27,711 nucleotides of DNA from Octopus sinensis (lineage: Eukaryota). The notes beneath the pieces were generated by a model. It saw only the letters and a program-made list of their open reading frames with translations, was not told where the DNA came from and ran no database searches. The stretch is from NCBI RefSeq assembly GCF_006345805.1, contig NW_021827597.1, positions 1-27,711 of the forward strand. The letters run 5' to 3'. This document shows, one piece after another, positions 11,281 to 21,595 of the stretch. The number at the start of each line of letters is the position of its first letter. Within the stretch, counting starts at the first letter, position 1. The position numbers and the translations under genes are program-made.

Positions 11281-11444
11281 TGTGTGTCTGTTTACATCTT
11301 CGTAACTTAGCGGTTCGGCCAAAGAGACCGATAGAATAAGTGCTGGGGTTACAAAGAATAAGTCCCGGGGTCGATTTGCTCGACTAAAGGCGGTGCTCCA
11401 GCATGGCCGCAGTCAAATGACTGAAACAAGTAAAAGAGTAAAAG
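11057..11444 (+). mobile_element. SINE-B, full length, inserted in LINE copy b
   Basis: aggcgcaggagtggctgtgtggtaag (A-box-like), gggttcagtccc (B-box-like), cttgggcaagtgtctt, internal (TG)n, tail gtaaaagagtaaaag. Confidence 0.95.
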
Positions 11445-12105
11445 AATCTGGTCACACCTCCATTTCTTATATCCTTCCTGTGCCACTGTCTTGTTCCAAG
11501 TTCCACAGGCTCTACGTTTTTCTGACATATAATATTTATCAAGTTGTTTCTTTTTATCGCTTGAACTTAGGCTGCTACAATTAGGTTCCCTGCTTCTTTT
11601 CTTAATTGTCCCTTTTCTAACCAAGCCCAGGATTTTGTTCCACATACGTCTTCAGTGTCTCTCCAAAACTGTCCATGCAGAAGTTTCTCTTCGATCTCTC
11701 TGACGTGCTCTCCATCTATTTCATTCTTGTCCTTTTCTCCTATTACGCGCTTCGTCATCTGTTCTTTATTAACTGTCTTTAGTAGTTTTTCTGTGCTGCT
11801 CTGAAAATACTCTACTGGACTTTTTCATCCTTTTAGTGTTATTAAGCCTCCTCCACCCTGGTATTTCCTCATGTACAACCGGTTGATATCAGCTTTCGGA
11901 TGGTGGGCCCCATACATCGTTAACAACTTCCTAATTTTTCTGTCAAGTTTCTTCATATCTTTTCTAGTCCAGTCTATAATTCCAGCTCCATTTCTGATTA
12001 AGGGCACTGCTCTTGAATTTATTGTTTCAATAAGATTTTTGGAATTCAGCTTTGACTGCAATAATTTTCTGACTCTCCTTATGTACTTCCTGCTGGAAAT
12101 TTGTT
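11445..12105 (-). mobile_element. R4/Dong-like LINE copy b, upstream part (post-RT region to Zn-knuckle remnant)
   Basis: YIRRVRKLLQSKLNSKNLIETINSRAVPLIRNGAGIIDWTRKDMKKLDRKIRKLLTMYGAHHPKADINRLY; LLHGQFWRDTEDVCGTKSWAWLEKGQLRKEAGNLIVAA; AQEGYKKWRCDQ. Motifs characteristic of R4/Dong; frameshifted. Confidence 0.85.
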
Positions 12106-13298
12106 TATTATGGACAAGAACTGGAGGAAGGTGACGAGCAGGGTAGCCAATCTCACGCAGAAATGGGCAGAGAATAAGCTGTCCCTGAAGGGTCAGGCGG
12201 AGGTGGCGATTGCATACATCACTTCCGTTACTGGGCATGCCGTAGCTAATGATGCGTTGGGGCTACGATATCTCCAGCGTTTCCTTAACAGTGACCAGAT
12301 GTGGTCGCCGTTCGTAAAAAAGGGACTTTCTGCAGCTCGTCTCATTGATGGAGCGACAGCCCGCAGACCAAGAAAGAGCGCTTGGCACTTAGAGTGTCGG
12401 CAAGTGCTCACAGCCTTCTGACAGTCGGTTGGTGAAGTTCCACCATGGAGTTCGATTGAGTATTTGTGGAGGGAAAGAGCGATGACGTACTTGAGGAAAC
12501 TCTGGACGTCGAGAGGGATCGACTAACTTGTCTTTTCTGGAGGACTTTCGGGGTCAGGGCCTATGGACAACTTTCAGAAATCCTTGGCCTGGCAGTGTTA
12601 CCAGGGAGTTCTGCAGGTTCGAGACAAACTCTGAAGACACGGAAGTGCTGTCAGACGGACTTGTCCGAAGTTTTCGGCGCAGGGTGATGAAACCGTCCTG
12701 CATGCACTCGTCCAGTTTCCATGCATTACTGACCTGTGGAGCTTTGTCGGACAGCTGTTGTCACGTGTAGGATGAATCAGGTTATCAGCTTAGTCCATCG
12801 TGAGGATCACCCCGCCACCTTCTTTTGGCCGGGTGGGAAAGACAGTTTTCCTCTGCCCGATGGCCATAGCGAAAGATATAGTGTGGTGGCCGAGGTTGAA
12901 AGGACTGAAGACAGGCGCTTCATTCTTCGGCCGAACCCTCATCGACTTTTTCAACTTATACTTAAAAAGGAAAGTGAGGGTCGATAGGGAAGTACTGCCC
13001 CCAGTAATTTTGTTAAAAAGTGGGTGACTGTTACGAAAATGGCTCGGAGGAATGGGCCTACTCTGAATATTCGTCTGTAAGCAGGGGCAATTGTGAGGAA
13101 GAAGGGTGCCTACCTGGCGTGCCTTTGGCAGTTGGGGGTGACCAGGATGTGTAGGATGCCCATATTGGGGAATTTTGTTGCTTAATTGTATTTTTTTTTA
13201 TTGTTTACACATTTTCTGTTTTAAACTCCATTTGTCCCTAGTTTTAATTTGTCCCTATATGTTTTTATGTTCAGCCCTTGTGGCTAGTGACGAAAGGA
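12105..13298 (+). mobile_element. 5'-truncated L1/Tx1-like LINE, C-terminal ORF2 + 3' UTR
   Basis: DKNWRKVTSRVANLTQKWAENKLSLKGQAEVAIAYITSV (cf. W...LSLxGR of L1/Tx1); AKDIVWWPRLKGLKTG...LIDFFNLYLKRKVRVDREVL; T-rich 3' UTR ending cagcccttgtggctagtgacgaaagg. Fragmented. Confidence 0.7.
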
Positions 13299-13322
13299 TT
13301 ATCATCATCATCATCATCATCA

Positions 13323-13354
<32 letters not shown>

Positions 13355-13910
13355 GAGTGAGCGAGCAGAGCATGCCATCAAAGTGACACTGGGGTAAAAT
13401 ATACGAACCCCAGTATACCCATCATGACTACCCGTCTGATAAGGGTACACCAGGCACATGCATCACAACCATATGTGCGCGACATGGTGATCTCATATCA
13501 AGAGAAACAGCACATGACCTTGCAGGTGGAGCCCAGTTAGAATTTTCTTCAGATCGAGTAACCCATCCCGCTCGAAAGGTCCCTGAATAAGGGTTGTTTA
13601 AGGACGTTGAACGAAACACCCATGTTTCCAGAGGTGAATTATTCAAACCCCAAAGAATCCCTCTCAACACATGGCTATGATGCTCCCTCACTACTTCTGC
13701 TCGTGATCAGAGATGCACATATCGTCAGCCACTAAGGGACATGCTCAACTGGTTAAGGTCAAACAACTGACAAGCAAATCTGTGGTATTGAGCAGAATAT
13801 TTGCTGTAGCCCATCTTTTATACCAAGACAAAACAATGTACATGATAACACTTCCAATCAGTTAAGATCAGAAGCCATGAGAGCCACTGCCTGGTACTGC
13901 ATCAGGGCAT
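13355..13910 (-). mobile_element. Element C copy 3 (inverted)
   Basis: Reverse complement of copy 1; (ATC)/(ATT)n on the left, (ATT)n on the right. Confidence 0.85.
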
Positions 13911-13932
13911 TTATATTATTATTATTATATTA

Positions 13933-13975
<43 letters not shown>

Positions 13976-14095
13976 TTTACTTGTGTTTCATTTCTTTCAT
14001 GATAAACACATACAGCGTGTTACTGTGAATTTTCTTCGGCAACAAACAAATGTGAAAAGAGAAGGCTCCAAGTCATCTTACATTCATATCAATTA

Positions 14096-14198
<103 letters not shown>

Positions 14199-14214
14199 GA
14201 AAAAGCGAATCCCC

Positions 14215-14560
14215 TTAAATAATCTGGATTTGCAAAAGGCTTTGAAATGAAGCGGAAAAATTCGCAAGTCAGACTTGAACCTCATCCGGCCTTTATTTAC
14301 TTGTTCTGTGACAAAGAATCAACGATGCATGTTAAAGGGCTCGCATTAGATTTGTCCCCTTATACACCCTTATAAATATCTAGGGGTTAGTGATATGGAA
14401 CATGTTTCCCAAGTAACTCCCTTGTTTGGCTTGAATAATAAATGAATTCATACGAGGAAGATAAATGTCGAAAATGATGTTGTGGTTGATGCTTATGTTG
14501 TTATTGATAAAGAAAGCCCAGAGTGAAGGTGTTCTTGACATGACCATCACGTCCAGTTAT
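14215..14560 (+). mobile_element. Possible very old RLE-type LINE relic
   Basis: Only short motifs: YKYLGV (about 14371-14388, RT domain 7-like) and AYVVIDKES...VLDMTIT (about 14490-14550, like PDxVVIDK...IDVTI) across frameshifts. Confidence 0.3.
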
Positions 14561-14740
14561 TTGCAAAGTGAATTTAAAATTAACTTATCGCCCTCATAAC
14601 CCACAGAAAACTAAGCTCTAATTTAAACGAAATTTGTTTGCTATTTCCAACAAGCCTATTAACCGACTACACTCTGTCACATCACTGTATACGTACATAC
14701 ATACATGCATGCATGCATACATACATACATACATACATAC

Positions 14741-14906
14741 GTGTGACCTATCTGTCTGATCGCTAGCCACTACACATTCTTTATTTTCTCTCCTTGTTTC
14801 TTTCTGTGTTCTTTTCTGTGGAAGAGCTTAGGCTCGAAACGTTAAAGACTTTTTTAACTTCCCGAGCGTTAAACTAAACATCTGTTTTTTGTCTACATCA
14901 CCTGTC

Positions 14907-14909
<3 letters not shown>
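14741..14909 (+). mobile_element. Short repeat with hammerhead-like motif, possible Penelope-like terminal relic
   Basis: tttt-ctgtgga-a-gagc(ttag)gctc-gaaa-cg-tt-aaag at 14812-14847; flanked by (TACA)n and (CA)n. Confidence 0.4.
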
Positions 14910-15003
<94 letters not shown>

Positions 15004-15165
15004 GGTGTGTGGTGTGTGTCAAAAAGATGTGTTATAATACTATTCCACATATACAAAAACAGCCATATCAACAATCAAACATACCTCCATCATCAGCTGT
15101 CCCACGGATATCATTATAGTTTCGACACCTGGGTAGTACCATTCAATCCGGCAGTGTCAACACCA

Positions 15166-15204
<39 letters not shown>

Positions 15205-16541
15205 GCATAAATGTATGTATATATGAATGCGTAAATGTGTGCATAAATTCACACATGCGGTATACACACGTACAAACACACACACACGCGCGCACGCATG
15301 CATACACAAACACACACACACACACACACACACGTGGATTATATCAAATTGATGTTTAGTTTTAAGTGAACCCTGACCCCGTAGAGTTGTGCAGTCAATA
15401 GTTTTACAACCGTGACAAACCTACTTGAACGATAACGAGGTGCCATTTTGAAAGACAATCCTACTTAAACGACAATTGTACTTGAAAGATAAGAAGGTGC
15501 GATCTTACTGGTTTTTAGCAAATCAAGATACATCGTGAAGTTTTCGTTATTAACACGCAAAGAAAAAATATATATATTTGAGCACTTTTTTTCACTTAAG
15601 TAATCCATTGTGAATTAGTAAGAAACATTTTGACCTTCATATTGGTATCTCATGTGTGTGTGGTGGTGGTGGTGGAGGTGTGCTGGTGGGAGTAGGTGAC
15701 TGGGTCAGGATTTGCAGCTGTAGCACCTCTATTCTACTGGCAAGGATTTCTTCTATGCCAAAAATACACGAGTCCGAAATACGGTTAAACAATCCCCCGT
15801 CCCAAAATCAATATATAATGATTACCCCATTGATGAATTTCTTTGAACAGGAAATGAAACTGTTTTATGGTATTTAAGAGAAAAGTGCAAAGCTATGCAG
15901 TTCTATAAATACGCACACACGCACACACACATACACTCACAGACATACACACACACGCACGCAAACGTTTAAATTTAAGTATTACAAAATATGACTGTGG
16001 CTTAAATGTAAACGTAAACGCAGTCAGCGCTATGAACTTTCGGCAATAAAAGGGACAGCATCTTCTGAATATCTAGTTCATTGGGTGTTTGAACATTGAT
16101 CAAGGATACGTACCTGGTTTCCTCCTTAAATAAAGGCTTAGTTATGTGCTAAAAATCAGTCATAACTCAGGCTAGCACCGTAGTAGATAGGTTAATTTGC
16201 CTATTTGAACATTTGACAGCTTGTCATTAAAAAAAAAACTATCGGTTTTATGTATAACAAAATGTAAATCGGAAGAACTGAAATAATTCAAGCTACAGAA
16301 AGCCTCACTGGTTTAAATAAGAATGTAAATGTATTCTTTCAGTGTTATTGATACTTTGTAATGTTTAAATATATTTCGGTTCTTCTAAACTACTCTGTGT
16401 TCTGCATAAAGTACACACACAGAAAGACACAGGCACACATATCATTTAATATACTGAGGATTTAAATTCGAGCTATCATTAGTTTCATGCTGATAAAACA
16501 CAGAATTCAGGAAAAGCTTGAACTGCGTTCCATGTATTTTC

Positions 16542-16727
16542 AGACAGACATAGGTATTAAGTCGATTACATCGACCTCAGTGTGTAACTGGTACTTAATT
16601 TATCGACCCCGAAAGGATGAAAGGTAAAGTCGACCTCGGCGGAATTTGAACTCACAACGTAACGGCAGACAAAATACCGCTAAGCATTTCGCCCGGCGTT
16701 CTAATGATTCTGCCAGCTCGCCGCCCT
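16542..16727 (-). mobile_element. SINE-A with intact head, tail cut after atgtctgtc
   Basis: Reverse complement agggcggcgagctggcagaatc...gtcgatgtaatcgacttaatacctatgtctgtc. Confidence 0.9.
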
Positions 16728-16914
16728 AGGTATACATATACATAAAGGTATATATACGCGTGTGAGTGTCTGTGTATGTAAATATACACATGTTTATCTT
16801 TCCATGTTTGTATACGATTCCTTACATACAAAGTTATTTCACTTTCAACGTAAGTGTCAATGAATTATCCATAGATATTCATACGAATGAAACTTAGTCG
16901 TTCTATTTGATAAA

Positions 16915-17343
16915 TTGATAAGCCATGTCAGGGCTGTTTTATTTTCACAGTTTTATAACAAACATACTTGTATCCTTTCCCTTTTTCTCTCTACCATCCA
17001 ATCTGTCAGATATATTATGATATGGCTGACAGATTAGAAAGGAAAAACATGGTAGCTGTGATATTCCGTTACTAAAATGTTTGATAGAACGTCAAAAAAC
17101 ACCGTAACAATAATCAAACAAAACGCAAAATAACTAAATTCAAGATGGAGCATTTTACAATTTTAGTACCAAGGAATACTGGGGCAACGCAGGAGAACGG
17201 AGGGAGAAGCCTGGCTGTTTATTGGCTCCCGTGTTTCATCTTCTCTGTATATTATAAACGAAATATTTTCGTTTGAAAGATTAGGAACAAGGAAGAATAA
17301 TGTCAGTTGTAACTATGCAATCCTTTTTGACATCGGCCTGATA
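16915..17343. mobile_element. Possible mariner-type MITE, left end uncertain
   Basis: Right end reverse-complements to TATCAGGCCGATGTCAAAAAGGATTGCAT, resembling Hsmar1/MADE-type TIRs (TATTAGGTTGGTGCAAAAGTAATTGC). Only a degenerate gataagccatgtca near 16917 could be the left TIR. Confidence 0.4.
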
Positions 17344-17800
17344 AAATAATATTTTTCCCATACCTTATCAGAATCGATACAAAAATCTCCGGGAAATGAC
17401 TGCAGATGGCGCCAGTATGTCACAACATCTCAGGTCTATATAAAAAGTGACACATGCAGGCATTTATTACACATACAGACGCATAGTGACGCACATATCT
17501 ACACACTCAAGCACACGTACACACACACACACGTACACACACACACATTTGTACTCACACTCGTGTCAATATATGCATGTATATATGTATCTTTGTATGT
17601 TTGTGTGTGTGTGCGTATACATATGTATATATATATATGTATGTATATACATACGTATATATGTATGTGTGTGTATGTATATATATACATACACGCACTC
17701 ACACTTGCATAGTATAAGTGAATGGGTGGGTTCGCACGCGTGTCACTTCACATATTTAGGTTAGCATACACGAACACACAAACACACACACACACAACAC

Positions 17801-17857
<57 letters not shown>

Positions 17858-18062
17858 GACACAGATATATTGTTGTATTTCGGGATGGCCATTTTTCGTT
17901 TGTGCCAAATAAACACACGCACTATATTTTTCTCTTCTCTTTTCTTCACTCGTTTGTTACTGTTATTATTTTATTATTTTAACTCCTGCCTATTGCCCCC
18001 AGTGACTCCATTCTATTCTTCAAAGTTGTGTATCCATATGTGCTCATGCGCACAAAAGGATA

Positions 18063-18225
18063 CGGGCAAAATGCTTCCAAGTATTTTGTCTGTCTTCAAG
18101 TTCCGAGTTCAAATGCTGCTGGGGTCAACCAATTAAGCACCAGTTAAGCACTGAGGTCGATGTAATCGACTTAACCCTTCCCCCAAAATTTTAGTCCTTC
18201 TTTCTATAGTAGAAAGGAATATTAT
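18063..18225 (+). mobile_element. Old SINE-A copy with tail 2 and an internal deletion
   Basis: gggcaaaatgcttccaagtattttgtctg..gagttcaaat..aattaagcaccagtt..ggtcgatgtaatcgacttaacccttcccccaaaatttt..agaaaggaatatt. Confidence 0.7.
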
Positions 18226-18515
18226 CCTTGTTCAAAAGCTGGTCATCTCAAGCATATTTCTACAGCTGCACCTTCTACACTTCCGTGTTACTTTGGGAGT
18301 GTAAACTCTTACGAGTATTGTACTGCATCAGTTTGTTTCTTTTATTTATGAGGTTTGGTATAGTATTTTATTGTATTAGTGTTTGCATTGTGTGTTGTGT
18401 GTGTAATATGTTGGGTGCATGACCTGCCGGTGGCAGTTTATTTCATTGGATATTTGCTGTATAGAATGTGTCTCGTGTTTGCAGATTCTTTTGTTTAGGT
18501 TGTATTATTGAAGTG

Positions 18516-18578
<63 letters not shown>

Positions 18579-18599
18579 TTTATTACTATCATCATTATT

Positions 18600-18682
18600 G
18601 AGTGAGGGAGCAGTGCATGCCATCAAATTACACGGGGGTACAAATATACGAAGCCCAGTATACCCATCATGACTACCCGTCT
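18600..18682 (-). mobile_element. Element C copy 4, terminal 83 bp only
   Basis: Reverse complement acgggtagtcatgatgggtatactgggcttcg...gcactgctccctcactc followed by an AAT/GAT tail (18517-18599). Confidence 0.85.
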
Positions 18683-18839
18683 TTATGCTTCTGCATAAAG
18701 TCCATTATTTGCTTGCAATAGAGAAGAACAGAAAAAAGCATTATTCTACAGCTGGGTGCAATTTAAGCGACCTTTGTCAGGTAATAATTAGTTTTTGTTA
18801 AATCTGTATTACTTTCGGCACAACTCTGGTGTGTGTGAG

Positions 18840-18922
18840 TGTGTATGGACATATGTGAATATACATATTATTAATAGACAACAATGCAATGCATTATTAT
18901 ATATATGTATACATATATATGC

Positions 18923-18975
<53 letters not shown>

Positions 18976-19295
18976 CCTATAAACGTAAATCAGTATGTAT
19001 GTTTGTATGAGGATGTGTATATATATGATATATAATATAATATAATTTAATATAATATAAATAATATAATATATGTGTGTGTGGACATATGTGAATATAT
19101 ATATTAACAGACAACAATGCAATGCATTATTATATATGTGTATACATATACATGCGTATACATACATACATATATTTATATATATACATACTCCTATAAA
19201 TGTAAATGAGTATTTATGTTTGTGTGAGGATGTGTATATATATATATGATATATAATATAATATGATTTAATATAATATAATATGTGTGTGTGTA
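18840..19295. repeat. Two-unit tandem duplication (~230 bp) of AT-rich sequence
   Basis: ggacatatgtgaata..agacaacaatgcaatgcattatta..tactcctataaa..gaggatgtgtata occurs near 18847 and again near 19082. Confidence 0.85.
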
Positions 19296-19483
19296 AAGTA
19301 ACAGTTTAGAAAAAAAGACCATTGGTTTTGTATATAATGTGAACTAGACATTTCTTCGGCTTTTCTAAACGATAACTGTTCTCTGCAAAGAATTTTTTTT
19401 AACAGAAGAACGCCAATGATAGTTAAAAAGATATTCCTCTTGAAAAATTATGTCCGAGCGAGTTGTCTTCCTTCGCTTGATAG

Positions 19484-20040
19484 CTAGGTTTTCCAATTCT
19501 GAAGTAAAAATTTCCGAAAATGTGGACAACTCCCCACGGCTTCCGTCCTGGAGTTCAGGTAGCCTCCTGGCTCATGTGATTTCATAAAGATTATATATAT
19601 TTCTCTACCATACCCATTTTACAGAGTCTTGTTCCATTGCGATAGGGTCCACATGTTTCTGCAAATTTCCACCTGATGTTAAAGGGTGTATGATCGTCCT
19701 TCAAGCGCCATACGTATGCTGCGAGTGTCGTGGTGTTGCGTCTCTGCGGGACCCCGAAAGAAGATCTGTGGTTGCTAAGGCGAATTCTAAATTTGGATTC
19801 ACAAGATCCGACATAAACTTCAGTATGTGTCCCTGTGTTTGCATTGATGTTACTGATATTTTTGCTGCTTCTGTTTGAGGCTACCTTTGCTTGGTACACT
19901 GTACTCTCGATGTTACATCGGCCGTTCACTGAGCATTCATTTCTAATCCCGCACGAACAACCTGCCTCTGTCCGTGGTTTAGGAGTGCTAAGTAATTTTT
20001 TCTTTACATTGGGTGCACAATACTTGAATTTAATAACAAT
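19484..20040 (-). mobile_element. Penelope-like element fragment: Cys-rich linker + GIY-YIG endonuclease (Neptune-type)
   Basis: ORF 19591-20121: CSCGIRNECSVNGRCNIESTVYQAKV...YVGSCESKFRIRLSNHRSSF...RNTTTLAAYVWRLKD...IRW...PYRNGTRLCK...EKYI. Removing 2 nt from the TA run extends it with IFMKSHEPGGYLNSRTEAVGSCPHFRKFLLQNWKT* (stop at 19484-19486). No RT domain seen. Confidence 0.85.
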
Positions 20041-20504
20041 TAGGTATGTGTTATCTTTCTTGTTCACCTCAGTTATTTTATGTACAATAATATATTTAAA
20101 CACACACACATAAACATACATACGCGCAAATATAATACGTATATCTGCGTGTGTATGTATGCCTCTACATACTTAGAGAAATGCACGCACACGTATACAT
20201 ACATGTGTGGTTGTGTGGATGCGCTTGTGTGCCCTCAAATATAAAGAGATAATTTCTCCTCGTAAATAAATATTTATAGATTGGGAGCGGTACACATGAC
20301 TGGACATATACTCACACACACACAATAACACTCAGACACACATATGCATACATACAAAAACACATTCACACACACACATTGTCGCACACATAAAGAGAAA
20401 AAGTGCAATGCACAAGTAGAAGTGTGTAGATGCCTATACATGCGTGTATGTGTGTGTGCATGTGTGTGTATGTGTGTGTGCATGTGTGTAATGTGTATAT
20501 ATAT

Positions 20505-20902
20505 ATTCTTTTATTCTTTTATTTGTTTCAGTTATTTGACTGCGGCCATGCTGGAGCACCGCCTTTAGTCGAAACAAATCGACCTCAGGACTTATTCTTT
20601 GTAAGCCTGGTACTTATTCTATCGGTCTGTTTTGCCGAACAGCTAATTTACGGGAACGTAAACACACCAACTTCGGCAGTCAAGCGATGGTGGGAGACAA
20701 ACTCAGACGCACAAACGTACACACACACACACACACACAGACACATATATATATATACATACATATCCATATATACGACGGGCTTCTTTCAATTTCTGTG
20801 GCTTTAGTAGGAGACACTTGCCCAAGGTACCACGCAGTGGCATTGAATCCAGAACCACGTGATTGGTAACCAAGCTACTTACCACACACAACGCCTGCAT
20901 CT
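20505..20902 (-). mobile_element. SINE-B, more diverged, with an internal deletion
   Basis: tattcttttattcttttatttgtttcagttatttgactgcggccatgctggagcaccgcctttagtcg...gacacttgcccaaggtaccacgcagtgg. Confidence 0.9.
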
Positions 20903-20923
20903 CTCTGTCTCTGTCTCTGTCTG

Positions 20924-20972
<49 letters not shown>

Positions 20973-21551
20973 TATTATACATACATACTACATACATACA
21001 TACATGCATACATACACACATACATACATACATATATGTATATATATGTACGTAGACACACACATGTATATATATATGTAGATCGACAAATATATAAATA
21101 TATTTACGTAGTTATATACGTTGTCATAAATGCACTCAAGCACACACATGCGTATATGTATGTATGTGTGTGTGTGTTTGCTTGTATTTGAGAGTGTGTT
21201 CGGTGCTATCTCAGTTTAGTCACATTTATGGCATTTCAAGCATTCTAAAGAAGCACAGAATCAATATTAAGAAAGGTCTCAAAGAAAACATGCGGTGAAC
21301 TCCAGGATTAGTTAGATAACAAGTCAGTAGAAAATCGCCGAGGCGTGATATTGTCATATCCATCAAGCCGTGACCATATCATATATGCGTATGTATATAT
21401 AATAATGCATTGCATTGTTGTCTATTAATGATGTGCTGTGTGGAAACTGTACCGCATTGTTATCAACGGAATGCTAACAGTTAATCCTCACACGATATAG
21501 CATTGTTTGTAAGATCTGTGGTGTTAAAAATCTAAGCAGTGAAGAGTGAAA

Positions 21552-21595
<44 letters not shown>

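Noticed and set aside
13428-13691. 87-aa ORF inside element C (related 158-aa antisense ORF at 9287-9763)
   Set aside because: No recognisable motif and not kept as the same intact frame in all copies as far as I can read; no support for coding.
8576-13910. Long repeats alternating with short AAT runs, superficially array- or CRISPR-like
   Set aside because: Eukaryotic context, 557-bp units and no unique spacers or cas genes; explained by retroelement insertions.
15620-15810. Minus-strand open stretch FWDGGLFNRI...PPPPPP
   Set aside because: The proline run comes from a (GGT)n repeat; the faint kinase resemblance fails on the surrounding residues.
17399-17412. CTCF-like motif actgcagatggcgc
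   Set aside because: Single short match next to a transposon relic; expected by chance and untestable from sequence.
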